NCBI RefSeq assembly: GCF_006345805.1
Contig: NC_042997.1
Span: forward strand, 103,230,001-103,294,000
Source of the DNA: Octopus sinensis
Lineage: Eukaryota
Length of the DNA stretch: 64,000 nt
Direction of reading: 5' to 3'
This document shows positions 39,928 through 54,565 of this stretch, piece after piece. The position numbers were made by a program, and so were the translations under genes. Within the stretch, counting starts at the first letter, position 1. The number at the start of each line of letters is the position of its first letter. The notes below the pieces were generated by a model that saw nothing but the letters and a program-made list of their open reading frames with translations, searched no databases and was not told the DNA's origin.

Positions 39928-40592
39928 CATGTATATATATTATATACATGTATATATATTATATAAATGTATTATATATATATATATACATGTATATAAT
40001 ATAAAATTATATATATATACATGTATATATATATATATACATGTATATATATATATATATATATGTGTATTATATATATATATACATGTTATATATATAT
40101 AATATATGAGATATACATGTATTATAATATATTATATATACATGTTATATATATAATTATATCTATTATACATGGATTATATATATATATATATAATATA
40201 CACATGTATATATATATATATTATATATATATATATATATGTAATATATACATGTTATATATATATATATCTATCTATATATATATATATATGTATATAT
40301 ATACATGTATATATATATATATATAAACATGTATATATATATCTTATATATATATATATATATAACATGTAATGTATATATATATATATATATATAAACA
40401 TGTATATATATATATATATATATATATAAACATGTACTATATATATATATAATATACTATATATATAACAGTATATATATATCTATATATATATATATAT
40501 ATATATATAAATATAAAACAAAACATGTTATATATATATATATGTATACATAATATTATAATATATATATATATATATATTATATAAAAAAC

Positions 40593-40624
<32 letters not shown>

Positions 40625-41045
40625 ATATATTATATATATATATATACATGTATATATATATATACATGTATATATATATATATACACATGTATATTAGAT
40701 ATATATATATATATACATGTATATATATATATATACATGCATATCTATAATATATATATATATACACAGTATAATTATATATATAATATATACATGAATA
40801 ATATGTATATATATATACATGAAATATATGTATATATATATATGAATATATATGTATATATATATATGTATATGTTATATATAATATAACATTAAATATA
40901 TATATATATTATATATATACATGAATATATATATATTATATATATATACATGTATATTATATAGATATATACATGTTTATATGTACATGCATATATATAC
41001 ATGGTTATATATATATTTATATTTATATGTTTATATATGTATTAT
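39803..41045. repeat. (TA)n tract punctuated by CATG
   Basis: Direct reading; recurrent ATACATGTAT. Confidence 0.97.
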
Positions 41046-41253
41046 TCTAATCACCTTATTTTAATATTGTATGGATAATACCGAACTAAATTCTGATGCC
41101 TCAACTTAAGTACCATATTCATCTGAATCTTAATTTTACATATATACGTATATATAAATATATATATACATATGCATACATATATATATACATACATATA
41201 TACACACACACGTATACACACAAACACACACGCGTACACACACACACACATAC

Positions 41254-41620
41254 AGGCGTAGGTGTGCTTATTTGGTAAGAAACTTGGTTCCAAAATACGT
41301 GGTCCTGGATTCAGTCCCACTGTGTGGTAACTTGGCATGTGTCTTCTGCTATAGCCTCAGACCAACCAAAGCCTTGTGAGTGGAGTTCGTAGACAAAAAT
41401 TGAAAGAAATCAATCGTATATAAATATGTATATATGTAAGTGTATGTCTGTCTTTGTGTCTGTGTTTTTCACTCATCACTGCTTCACAACTACTGTTGGT
41501 TTATTTACATCCCCATAACTTACTGGTTTGAGAAGAAAAGACTGATAGAATGAGTACCAAACTTATCAAAATAAAAAAAAGGGCTGGGGTCGATTCATTC
41601 GACAAAAAATTCTTCAAGGC
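41254..41620 (+). mobile_element. SINE family A with internal microsatellite and 3' module
   Basis: Head like 1-134, short TA/TG tract, then TTTACATCCCCATAACTT...GATAGAATGAGTACC module. Confidence 0.78.
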
Positions 41621-41722
41621 AGTATTTCATATTTTTGTTTGCCCACTTAATTGTATCTATCAATCTATCACACACTCACACACGCACACATATATACATG
41701 TATGTATATGTGTATATTTATA

Positions 41723-43388
41723 TCTATCATATAAAAGTCAATGTCTTTATGTGTGTTCGTGTGTTACTTATAGATTCGAAAACTACTGCACCGATCCTAA
41801 TGAAATTTGGAACACAAAATTCAAGCCTAGGGAGAAGGGTGATGCTGTATGTTTCATACAATTTCATGGACCAAAATTACTGAATGGCTCCTTATGATAT
41901 GTGGAGCTTAGATACAATGTGTAAGGGCGGGTATGTTTGGTTTGAATTTGATGTGGCCTAAAGGGGGTCAGAAACCCCCATGAAAATTCATACATTTCCG
42001 ATGTTGAGGAAATTTCAACCATAAGTAATTGACACATATCAAGAATTGTTCCCAAACTTTCCGCTTCTCATGGGGATTCTAAAATCCCCTAATAGGGGCC
42101 TTAAATCCCAAATTTTAATCATCTTTTATGATCCAAAACTAGGTCATAAGTACTGAATGGATCTTTATGAAATTTGGAAATTATATCCTATTCAGAAGGA
42201 CAGATGTAATGCAGTATGTCCTTGAAAATGAGGGGGCGTAAATGAGGCCATAGCCCCCATGAAAATTCATATATTTTAGCTGTTGATGAAATTTTGACCA
42301 TAGATATTAGACACAAATGAAGCAATAGTTCTAAAAGTTCAACTTCTTAGGAGTTAGTAAAATCCCTTAATGGGGGCTTAACACCCACAATTTAGTCATT
42401 TTTCCTAAGCTAAGACGAATACAATTGTACTCTTGGAAGCTGTAGAGTCATCTGAGCATGCAAGATGAGCGTTATTTGTAATTCAGTGGTGCAAGTGTAA
42501 GACTTTGCTTTGAAATATATTTAGATTATGATTTCTGCAATGTGGTGCATGAATTGTCAAGTAAAGGAGAGGCATCTTTGCCTCCACTGATTCAGTTGCA
42601 AAGTGTTGAGTAAAGTTATTTCGTTGCAGACCTCCTTTCAGTCTTTTATTATTACTGGGTCAGAGATAATCTCCAGATGGTAACATTGATTTCAAGGCCT
42701 TCCCAGATAAGTGACTGGTCATTCAGAGAAATCTATAGATTGCAAATTTATTCTGTCTAGTTACCTATCGGCATAGTGATCATTGGCAAACTCCAGATGT
42801 GACACTAAGCCCTCACGTCACACAGTTGTTAATATTTATTTGAGTTGGGTCACGCCCTTCCAATTACTATAGATCCGTAATGCATCCTACGGTTGTGCCC
42901 GTCACCTGTAGGGTTTGGAATTCTACATTGGGGAGTGGTAACGACTAGGGGAGGGTAACTGACTGCTTATTGTGATCATTCGTCTTTTGGTTTCCTGTAG
43001 GTTTGCTCTCTTTTACAAATCCAGTGAACATGCATACATTTCCGATTTCAAAGAAATTTGAACACTAAATATAAAACCCAGGTTTAAAAGATTCCCAACA
43101 ATTCAAGTTCCCTGGTTGACTTTAATGTGCGCCATTTCTCAGGAGCAAAAACCTTTGAATAGGTTTCATAAGATTTGGATTTTGGAAGCTGAGTATAAAG
43201 ATGAATAGTATAGGATAAATATGCCACGATTAGAATTTTTGTTAGGGTGTGTAAAGGGGGAAAGTTTTTAATCTGCTATTTTGATGAAATTCGAATCATA
43301 GGTATTCCAGTTCATTAGAGAAAATATAAAAGAAATGTCTAATTCCCTAATTCTATGTGACACGGGCAAAGCAGGGTATCTCTGCTAG
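41723..43388 (+). mobile_element. Complete non-autonomous Helitron (about 1.67 kb)
   Basis: A|TCTATCATATAAAAG start; CACGGGCAAAGCAGGG subterminal GC element; CTAG|T end; internal diverged repeats (CCCCATGAAAATTCATA at about 41976 and 42255). Confidence 0.8.
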
Positions 43389-43444
43389 TATATATATATA
43401 TGTTATGCATATACATACGGACTACACACACACACACACACACA

Positions 43445-46400
43445 TTTGGCTGCAACCATCCTAGCTAGGTCCAGCATGTCACCAGTCCCAGAAGAACCGC
43501 TGGTGAAGGCGACTGGCCAAGTATATGTCCCTTGTGATCGCAACACGAAATCACACGAAAGCCATCATCTATGGCTTGAACGATGAGCTTCTCCGCTTCC
43601 ATCCTTAATTCCAGTAGCAATGGTAAACCGGTGATAGAGGTAGGCTTGGTCAACTGGAAAGCCCTAGCCCGGAGCTACGTACTGGCGGCTCTTACCGGAA
43701 GGTCGTTCTGTCCACGATGTTTAGTGTCGTAGTTGTTCGGCAGCTGTAGAATGCGACTGGGCTGGCCTTTTCAGTATCATTGCAGCCTACCCCATACGAG
43801 GAAGCCCTTAGGAAAGGTAAGGTAAACATCAGACACTACTCTTTTACCCTGAGTGACTTACCCACTACAGTGGTAGAAAGAACAAGAAATGGAATATTTT
43901 TCTTATTGTGAGGATTTGTGCGCACACTTTTGAACCTGGATGATACGGACAGACCCCACAGGCACACTGAGCTAGTGAGCAGGGAACTGAGTCATTACAA
44001 TGCGGAGATCATTGCTCTTGCTGGTGAGGGTCGACTTTGAGAAGAAGGGGCGAATTACACTTTTTTCTGGAGAGGCAAATATCTTACAAAACAGCGAATC
44101 CATGGTGTCGGCCTCGCGGTGAAGGTTTCTTCTGTGAATACATATAATCTGGATCCCATTTCTATTAGAAAACAGATCATATCCCTTTGCCTTCCTCTTC
44201 CCAATAACAATCATCTTATGTTGATCTCAGCTTACACCCCCACCCATGGTTCTGGCGGTGAGATGAGGGATTCTTTCTGCTTCGATCTCAACAGAACCAT
44301 CCAGGTCGTGCCAAGAAGAGAAACTCCTCGTCTTGGGAAATTCCAACGCCAGTTTCGGACGACCTAATGATTTGTGGACGGGAATTCTGGGAAAGCAGAG
44401 TGCGGGAAATTGCAATTAGAACGGACTGCTGGTAGTTAAAAACGAGCTGGTGTTAACTAACACCTTCCGTCTCCCAACCTCCACAAGACTACATGCAGAC
44501 ATCCGAAATCAAAAGGCTTGCACATCCTGAAATAGGTCCTCACCAGATCCTATGACAGGAGCGACATATTTGTTACCCTCAGCCTCCCCGGCACAGATGA
44601 CTGTTGAACGGATTATTGACTACTCATTTCCCAGCCCTGGCTCCGGCTGCGAAACTTTTCGTACTCCAATAAATCTGCAAGGAGGACACGACGTTTTGAT
44701 GTTCTTAAATTGAAAACCTACACAGTCGAGCAAGACTACTCGTTTCGCCTCACGTAACTTCAATACGAGGTACACCCATCACCACAGATGGACATAAATG
44801 AAGCAAACTAGTCTATTCCACGCGAAATGATCACCAAAGCTGCTAAGGGAATAAATGGCTATTACAAACACGTTTGCAACGCTTCCGGGAGGCAAGGTAG
44901 CAATGCCAATGTAGGTTTCATGAACTCCAGAATCTCTGGTAGCAAGCAAAATCAAAGGAGATACAGTTGTCCATTAACAGCAGAGACTTTAGGCATTTTT
45001 ACGCTGCGACAAAGGAAATTGGGTTTCCGGAACAACTAATACATACAAATCTTCCGACTGCTTCACTTCCGTTGTGGACGATTAAGATATACTTCAACAA
45101 TGAAAGTAACACTTTCAAACACTCATGAACTGGCTATCGACTGCAGTGGTTAACCTGCTACGAAATGCCCCCCTATATCCGATCCGACACTGGATGTCAC
45201 TCCCTCCAAACTACCCTGAATATCAAAAGGCCCTAAAAAACATGAAGGCAAGGGAAGCACCTAAACCTGACCACATATCTCTAGAGCTCCTATCTCAGGG
45301 TGGTCAAACCGCGAAGACCAGTTTGTGTATACTTATTCAACGCATGTGGAGGTAGAAGTAGGATATTAAAGACGCGACCATCATTACAGCCTTCAAGAAC
45401 GGAGACTGGACAGTCTGCGGAAACTATCGTGGCATCTCCCTTGTCAGAACAGCTCTAGGAAGAACTTCGCTAGGATCCTGCTAGAAAGATTAGTGGTTAT
45501 CGCTGAGGAAGTTTTTTCCAGAGCCGCTATGCAGCTCCTGCCCCCACCTATGGTACTATCGACATGGTCTTTTGCACCCGCACTCTCCAAGAAAAGGCCC
45601 GAGAGCAGGAAAGGTCATGACTTTTTGAAGACGAAATTCCTTGCACAGGGAGCCCCCGGTCAGTCTCCTTTTGACACCAGTGACGTAAGGCTACGTGGTA
45701 TTGTCTTGGAAACAGTGGAGGCTTTCTCGTACCTAGGAAGCTACCTGTCAAGCGATTGAACCATTCAGAAAAACATAGTGAATAGGATCAGCGCATCCCA
45801 TACTGATTTCGAAAAATCTCTCAAAACAAGTCGTTCTAAACCACGATCTCACCATCAAAACGAAGATCATGGTATTCCGAGCCGTCGTCCCTACTACACT
45901 CATCTACGGCTGTGAGACATGGGTTTTGTGTCGATGTGACTTGAAAAAAATCGAACGTTTCCAGCAGCACAAACTTTGCGAATTTATGAGGTTCTGCTCC
46001 GGGAAGGACTGCCCAGCATCAATGCTACCATGGCACGATACCGCCTCCGCTGGTAGGTACTAACCATACGTATGCCTTAACGCGCCACTCCCGTCAACTC
46101 CTCTTTGCGGTGTTGGTCACAGGCGCCAAACGACTTGGAATACCAAAATACCGTTTCCCAGACCAGCTTAAAGCCACTCTCCTCCGCTACTCCATTGATT
46201 CAAATACCTGGGAGACAATCGCTGAGACACCGCTCAGAATGGCGGGATGTCATCGTCAAGGGAACGGACCAGATAGAAAATAAGAAAGGTTAAAGGGCAG
46301 AGATCAGACGTCGAAGACGCAAATGACGAGTCGTACTTATTCATCCCTCACCAACCCTCCTCTGCGATAAATGCCCCTGGCTCTTCTATACTGCCGCCGG

Positions 46401-46491
46401 TCACCTCAGGCCCCGGCACCTTTCATACACATGAGGCTCAATCATTCGCTACAGATTAACTACACGGATACGAGGTAATGCCAACAGCGAT
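43445..46491 (+). mobile_element. RTE-clade (BovB-like) LINE, both ends present, decayed, RT core deleted
   Basis: APE: VRTLL...ELSHYNAEIIAL, YTFFWRG; RT entry NYRGISL, GTIDMVF...LQEKAREQ; post-RT FSYLGS, TTLIYGCETW; C-terminal CDKC; (CA)n on both flanks. Confidence 0.85.
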
Positions 46492-46494
46492 CAC

Positions 46495-46496
46495 AA

Positions 46497-46560
<64 letters not shown>

Positions 46561-46567
46561 ATATGTA

Positions 46568-46613
<46 letters not shown>

Positions 46614-46809
46614 ATATATATACATATATGTATATATATATATATATAATATTATATATATATATATATGTAATATATATGTATATATATATATATATAT
46701 ACATACATACATGTATATATATATATGTATATATATATATGTATATATATATATTGTGTGTATATATATATGTATAATAATATGTGTGTATATATAATAT
46801 ATATGTGTG

Positions 46810-46840
<31 letters not shown>

Positions 46841-46971
46841 ATATATATATATTGTGTGTATATATATATGTGTGTGTGTGTATATATATATATGTGTGTA
46901 TATATATATATATATGTGTGTGTATATATATATATATGTATGTATATATATATATGTATTATATATATATA

Positions 46972-47010
<39 letters not shown>

Positions 47011-47292
47011 ATATATATATATATAATATAGTATATATATATATGTGTATATATATATATATGTGTATATATATATATATATATGTGTATATATATATAT
47101 ATGTGTGTGTATATAATATATATATATATATGTATGTATATATATATGTGTATGTATATATATATATGTGTATATATATATATAATTATATATGTGTGTG
47201 TATATATATATATATGTGTATGTATATATATATGTGTGTATATATATATATATATGTGTATATATATATATGTGTATATATATATATATGTG

Positions 47293-47323
<31 letters not shown>

Positions 47324-47415
47324 TATATATATATATATATGTATATATATATGTATATATAATATATATATATATATGTATATATATAATATATATATAT
47401 ATATGTATATATATA

Positions 47416-47449
<34 letters not shown>

Positions 47450-47529
47450 GTATATATATGTATCTATATATATATGTATATATATATGTATATATATATA
47501 TGTATATATATATATGTATATATAATATG

Positions 47530-47560
<31 letters not shown>

Positions 47561-47677
47561 GTATAGAATATATATATATATGTATATATATATGTATATA
47601 TATAATATATATATATGTATATATATATGTATATATATATGTATATATATATGTATATATATATGTATATATATATG

Positions 47678-47708
<31 letters not shown>

Positions 47709-47758
47709 TATATGTATATATATATATATATGTATATATTATATTATGTATTTATATA

Positions 47759-47790
<32 letters not shown>

Positions 47791-47807
47791 ATATAATATG
47801 TGGTGTT

Positions 47808-47843
<36 letters not shown>

Positions 47844-47845
47844 CA
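46495..47845. repeat. (TA)/(TG)n tract
   Basis: Direct reading. Confidence 0.97.
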
Positions 47846-48000
47846 AGCTATAGGAGACTTATATATACACCATTCTGCTAAAATAGTAGAACTGCAAATA
47901 CAATATCCTTATGCATCTCACTTTTATTTTCATTCCTTCAATTCCCTCTGTATTTCATATAGTCTCTACAATAATCATTGCTTTAACATTTTCTCGCACC

Positions 48001-48040
48001 GTCTCTGGCATATAAAATATCCCAGAAACAGCTGTAAGAC
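48001..48040 (+). ncRNA. Dead hammerhead remnant (core deletion)
   Basis: GTCT/AGAC stem I, CTG with ATGA missing, G.ATAT/ATATCC stem II, GAAA, ACAGCTGT palindrome, GUA site. Confidence 0.5.
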
Positions 48041-48254
48041 CTTCTCTTTATAAATGTTCTGAAAACTATTCACGGCCTTGGATTTTTTGTCTCATTTTGT
48101 CAATTTTTATATATATGCATACTAAAACATGACCCACATTGGACTCCTCATTCATATCATTATCGAAGTTGGAGCTTAACTGTGGTCTGTCCATAGCACT
48201 TACTTAGGTTTACCTGACACCTTTGGGTCTTCTTGACACCAATACCTCTCATAC

Positions 48255-48291
<37 letters not shown>

Positions 48292-48312
48292 TTATATATA
48301 TATATATATATA

Positions 48313-48353
<41 letters not shown>

Positions 48354-48940
48354 GAGACGGAAAATGCACGGGGAACTTTATTCTCCTCAACAATCGTTTT
48401 GCCACCTTGTGGAATGGTGCCTGTCGGGTTGGAGGCTACACAACTAGTTGTGGTGCAGTCTTCATTACAGAAACATTTCGACAGGTGATGTAATAAGAGG
48501 TGTCTCGTTAAATGAACTCTGTTTCGCTCGGAATTGACCCATTGCCTGCTATGAACACCATTTGGGGATCTGCTAAAAACAGTCTCATTGCCGGTTGTTT
48601 GTTGTATTTAAAGTGAATTGCTTATGTGCATTGCATTTGCAGAGGTGTGTTTAGCAATATTTAGTAAAGTTTATCATTAATAGCTCTGGCTAATTCTAGA
48701 GGACATTTTATGTCAAATCGCAGTGTTTAACTCCTAAAATAGTAACTGCTTTGAAAACGCTTTTTTTTCTTTTGCATTTCCTATCTATATCATTCATTGA
48801 TGTCATGCACATTCACATTTGATACTATAGTTTCAACAAAACTAAAATGTTTATTATTGCACTTGAACAGAACTACATGCATTTTCGACCTCGTGTTGAT
48901 ATCTGGCGTGAAGTTCTGCAAATTATATTCTGCATAGACG

Positions 48941-49017
48941 ATCATACTGACGATCTACAGATAAATTGTGTAAGTAAAATTACGTAATTTGTTGATAGTG
49001 AAACAATTGTGTGTGAT
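48941..49017 (+). ncRNA. Degenerate hammerhead-like motif
   Basis: ATCATA/TGTGAT stem I, CTGACGA, CTA/TAG stem II, GAAA, ACAATTGT palindrome; position 17 is G (non-cleavable). Confidence 0.55.
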
Positions 49018-49275
49018 TAATTTATATTTTTGTCTTGCTCGCTTACGTTTCTGGTGTGCTAAATTTTCTGGAGAACAATTCTTAGTGGTTAAGACTATAT
49101 CGGATCTTCTCCTAGCATAAGGATTTCCACGTAGTGGTCAAAACATTTCCTCTTATATTTATGTATGAAATACTATTTACTGAATCTCAGTTTTTTATAT
49201 GTTAGACCACTGGTGTTAAAATTGATGTTATCAAATTAATATCCAATTTTTTCACCCTCATTTTGATTTTAACTT

Positions 49276-49356
<81 letters not shown>

Positions 49357-49607
49357 TATATACATATATATATATATGCATGTATGTATATACGTATGTA
49401 TGCATATATATGTGTATGTCTATATATATATATATGTATGTATTTATATGTGTGTGTGTGTGTGTTTGTTTGTGTGTGCGTGCGTGTGTGCGCGTGTGTG
49501 TGTGTGTGTGTGTTCAAATATGATTTAGAAGCAGCTCGAGATATATAAACAAAATCAAACACACATATACAAGGTATGTGTGTTCGATTCATTTTGTATG
49601 TATGTAT

Positions 49608-50380
49608 GTTCGAGGTGCATTCCATAAGTTTTGAGACTGTTATAGGTGTGGCACTTATAACTGTCTTAGATTATTGTAAATTTAGTATATCATTACTAAA
49701 CATCTGGTAAGCTAACCTGGCGACTTTTGTTATTTCAGATTGGAGGAGACCACGGCTGTAACAGCACTTTGAACATAATTGTTAAACACTGTTTGTCACA
49801 ACTAGCGAATTTGAAGTATGCAGTCGGGATGTGAAGACAATTTAGAAGATCGCTATGCAGTAATTTTTGTGTTAAATTGGATAACGACTTTACAGAAACT
49901 TATGAAATACTCCAGACTGCTTCTGGATCAACTTATATGAACCGAGCATCTGTTTACCGCTAGCATAAGATGCCAGAAAATAACAAGCCCACCGGGAAAC
50001 TCACGCTGTTCCCCTTTCTCGACAGTAATGGTATAATCTACATCCACTGAGTTCCCTCTGACCAGAGAGTCAACAAAAAATACTTTCTGGCAATTTTGAA
50101 GGAGTTCAGGAAGAGATTTTGTCGTAAAAAGCCAGTACATCTGCACCAAGATAATGCACCACTTCACAATTCCATTTTAGCAACCAACTACTTAACAGAG
50201 ATGACACTCAAACTGTCCCTCCCCCACCACACTGTCTAGAACTTGCATTCTGTGGCCTTTGATTGTTCTCCAAGTTGAAGAAGAAGAAAAGGAGTTTGTG
50301 ACTAGGGTCATGGACATCTTCACTTTGGAGGGCTTCCAGGGTCCCTTCCGGAAGTGGGCAGAGTGCGCGCTATAACGAGT
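49608..50380 (+). mobile_element. Decayed mariner, same family as 5740-6830
   Basis: TIR-like TTCGAGGTGCATTCCATAAGT; LHQDNAP and LFSKLK remnants. Confidence 0.75.
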
Positions 50381-50476
50381 ACATCGATATATATATTACA
50401 TACATACAAACATGCATGCATGCATACATACATACATACATACATACATACATACATACATACATACATACATACA

Positions 50477-50509
<33 letters not shown>

Positions 50510-50514
50510 TCCTG

Positions 50515-50746
50515 AAGGCGGCGAGCTGGCAGAAACGTTAGCACGCCGGGCGAAATGCGTAGCCGTATTTCGTCTACCGTTATGTTCTGAGTTCAAATTC
50601 CGCCGAGGCCGACTTTGCCTTTCATCCTTTCGGGGTCGATAAATTAAGTACCAGTTACGCACTGGGGTCAATGTAATCGACTTGATCCGTTTGTCTGTCC
50701 TTGTTTGTCCCTCTATGTTTAGCCCCTTATGGGCAATAAAGAAATA
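50515..50746 (+). mobile_element. SINE family B, young copy with the alternative tail
   Basis: Nearly identical to 24062-24297. Confidence 0.92.
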
Positions 50747-50774
50747 TATATATTCTTTTATTCTTTTACTCTTT

Positions 50775-51222
50775 TACTTGTTTTAGTCATTTGACTGCAG
50801 CCATTCTGGAGCACAGCCTGTAGTCGAACAAATCGACCCCAGGACTTAAGCTTTGCGGAACCGCTAGGTTACGGGGACGTAAACACACCAACATGGTGCA
50901 GGACAAACACAGACGCATAAACGTATACTGCAGATGAGGGCAGCTGCATCGAACTCTCTCATGCACCAAATGGCAGTTACTAAAAAGCTTTCGTGAAGTA
51001 AAACCATGTAGCAACACCAAATGGCGGTGCCCCAGCATGGCCACAGCTTATGAGCTGAAACTAGAATCAATTAATCAATCATATACCCCCCACACACACA
51101 CACACTTACGCGCGCGCGCGCGATCACACATATACGACGGGTTTATTTCAGTTTCCGTCTACCAAATCGACTCACAAATCTTTGGTCGACCCGAGGGTAT
51201 AGCAGTAGACACTTGTATAGCG
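50775..51222 (-). mobile_element. SINE family A remnant, interrupted by a plus-strand SINE tail (about 50990-51065)
   Basis: Family A body at 51135-51222 and 3' module GTTTACGTCCCCGTAACCTAGCGGTTC on the minus strand. Confidence 0.65.
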
Positions 51223-51239
51223 ATGGTACTCTTTTCATA

Positions 51240-52720
51240 GTTAAAAATGCTTTTAGTAGACGATTAGAAATAATTAAAAACGATTATATAAATTCTTTAA
51301 AGGAGATGGTTTTTTTCAATTACTATCGAGAGAGATAATAACTCTATAAATTTTCTGGATGTTAACTTTAATTTAGCAACTGGTTTACATGAACAATTTA
51401 GAAAACCCAACTCTAAAGCAATAACCTTAGGTCGATAAAAAAGTTCTAATCTTCAGTATTAGTAAAAGAATAACATATCTATCTTCCAATGAAGATATAT
51501 TTAATAAACATGCGCACCACTACAATATAGACTTTTTTTAATGCTGGATATAAAAATATAATAGAATACTGTAAACACAATAGTATCAATAATATGAACA
51601 TAGCTAAGTGCAAACGAAAAAAAAACTGATAAAATTTATAATCCACAAATAATAAACATAAAACTAGAAAACAGAACACATATAAACGTGAAATAGATAA
51701 TGATAATAACCATATGATTACTGAAAGCAAATTTATATCACTAAACATAAAAATGGAATGACAAATACTTTATCAGATAATAAACCTAAGATAAAAAATA
51801 AAAAATTAATTTATAATGAATACTATAATGATCATCAAACATTTAATAAGAAATATGTACACACCAACTCAACTAAATGTATTAAATCTAAAATAGATTA
51901 TAATACACCTATAATTAATAACTCTGCTAAATCTAACAAAATTTGGTTCATTATTCCATATGCTATGCAAATCAAAGATAATACGATTAATTCAATATTC
52001 AAGATTATCCACAAACACTTTAATAGATATAATGAAATAATTAACAATAAATCCATTAATAATAACTTATTTACTATTATATCTTCCATAAATAATAGGA
52101 AACTAGATAAATTCTACTTAAATATAAATACCCATGATAATAACCAGATTAATTCCCCTGAGCTTAACGCACCCCACTGACTCTAATAACATTAGTAAAT
52201 GTACCGATATATCTCCTAAGAGTAGAAACTTTAAAAGTAATACAAAAGCAACTAACAATATTCCCTCATCTAATACAGAAACATATAATATCACTTATAA
52301 TAATTGTGATTTCAGGGTAATAAATAATTGTTTATTTAAGAATTCGTGTAAAAGTAAAAATGTAATATACCAATGTACAGTTATAACTCAAGGTAAAAAA
52401 ACATATTTATATAGGTTCGACAGAGAATGCAATTAAAAAACGCGTCATGACCCACTTGCATACGTTTAGGTATAGACAGGAATATAATTCTACAGGATTA
52501 AATAAATTTATCAGGAAATTAAAAGATAATGATATTAATTTTTATATTAAATGGGATATAATTGCTTCCGCACCATCTTATAAAGTCAATAACAAAAAAT
52601 GCCTTCTTTGTATAACTGAAGCATTCTTTATTCTTTAGTCTAAAAATACCCTACTTAACGTTAGAAATGAGAAGAGTAATTCCTGTATTCACGCGGGAAA
52701 ATATGTATTTTCCAAATTTA
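51240..52720 (+). pseudogene. Second Naiad-like Penelope remnant (RT end + GIY-YIG), very AT-rich
   Basis: INFLDV, FRKPN, KIWF, NVIYQCTV...YIGSTE, KWDII, KCLLCITE, LLNVRNE...CIH. Confidence 0.82.
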
Positions 52721-53959
52721 AATAATGAGTTATCTCTCTCATTACTATAGTTGCACCCCACTAACCCGTAGCCCTACTGCTTTTATTGAATTTCACCTTA
52801 AATGTGATATAATTACTCATGAACACCTTTCACAAAGTCAACACTACAAATATTTTATATTTTGTATTTACATAACAATAGTTTTATTTACTCTTTCTTC
52901 CAGAAATAACCAATCTAATCGTTGAAATGAGATAAATATTTTATATATTAACACAGAAATATCAGTATCTCCTAAATTTTAACTAATTGTTCGGTCTCCT
53001 TAAATAGAAATTACTATGTCTTCTTTCTTCTTAATCTCATTCTTAATGATTATAAGCCATAATTTATAATTTTTCAACTTGAAATACCCTATTCAATCCT
53101 TGAAACGAGAAACACATTTCATATATTCACAAAGAAATATAAGTATCTTAAAAATCTTAACTACTTTGCTTACTTCAATAGTAATATTACTTAATCTCTC
53201 TCACTAGATCACTTGTACAAACCCCTCTAATCTCATAGATACACTATTAATAATAAATCCCCCTCTGACCTCTACCTAACTAATAAATATTTAACATATA
53301 TACCTAATTCTATTTAATTCCTTTACACATAAGTCCTAACACTAACAATTAATTGCTCCTGATTAACATTTTGTACATATAATAATTAATTTTCTAATAC
53401 TACTTTACATTTAACCATTGATAACTTTCATAACAGTTATCCAATACTCCAGAATGGAATTGCTACACCTGATAACATTTGTATCTGATTTTTTCCACAT
53501 AAACATTTTCATTAATTATTCCGATAAATCATCAGCTGTAAATCAACATAAGATATGCACTCCCTTCATTATATTAATACATCTTCTGCATGTATTTCAT
53601 TCTCAATCTTATATTCCTATATATATATATTCTTTATATAAATAAGTTTGTATATTAATTACTTTAATTATTTTCATAATTTTTAAAAATATTGCTGCAT
53701 TATATTTATAACGTTTTTATATATATATACGATTTTAGTTGAAAACATCTCCTTATTTATATGTAATGAGCCTATGTACATGTATATATGTGTACATATG
53801 TATATGTATATATAAGTATAAACTAATATGTGTGGGCGTTTAATAAGCATGTATAATTATATATAGATATCTCAGTGTGCTTATATGGGTATACATATGT
53901 ATATGTCTATTTTTGTGCGTGTATATATATATATTGTATATATATATGTATATATATGT

Positions 53960-53996
<37 letters not shown>

Positions 53997-54026
53997 GTAT
54001 ATATATGTATATATTATATATATATG

Positions 54027-54085
<59 letters not shown>

Positions 54086-54298
54086 TGTGTGTAAATAATA
54101 ATCATTGGTGTGTAAATAACTTTTGGATTGGTTGAATATTACTTTGTCTGATATTATTGCTATTCATGAAAATCTAAAACTGTAGGTAAGTTAAAATTTA
54201 CTTCAGTTATTCGTATACTCGGTAATTTCACTCTTGATAAGTTATAACGAAAAAATATATCTTATATTCATTATATCTTACACACACACACACACACA

Positions 54299-54348
<50 letters not shown>

Positions 54349-54565
54349 ACACACATAAATATATACCTTTTATCTTATATATATGTGTGTGTCTGTGTGT
54401 GTCTATGTAATAATTAATAATCGCCTCCCCTTATATATTAATATAATTTTATCTTCTAAACTGTTTTTTTGTCACAAGCGACTATTCCCTAAATAATATT
54501 ATTTTCAGTGATATAAGAGCCTTTTCATTTTATAAACAAAGTATCTCTGTTTTCCGTTTGATCTA

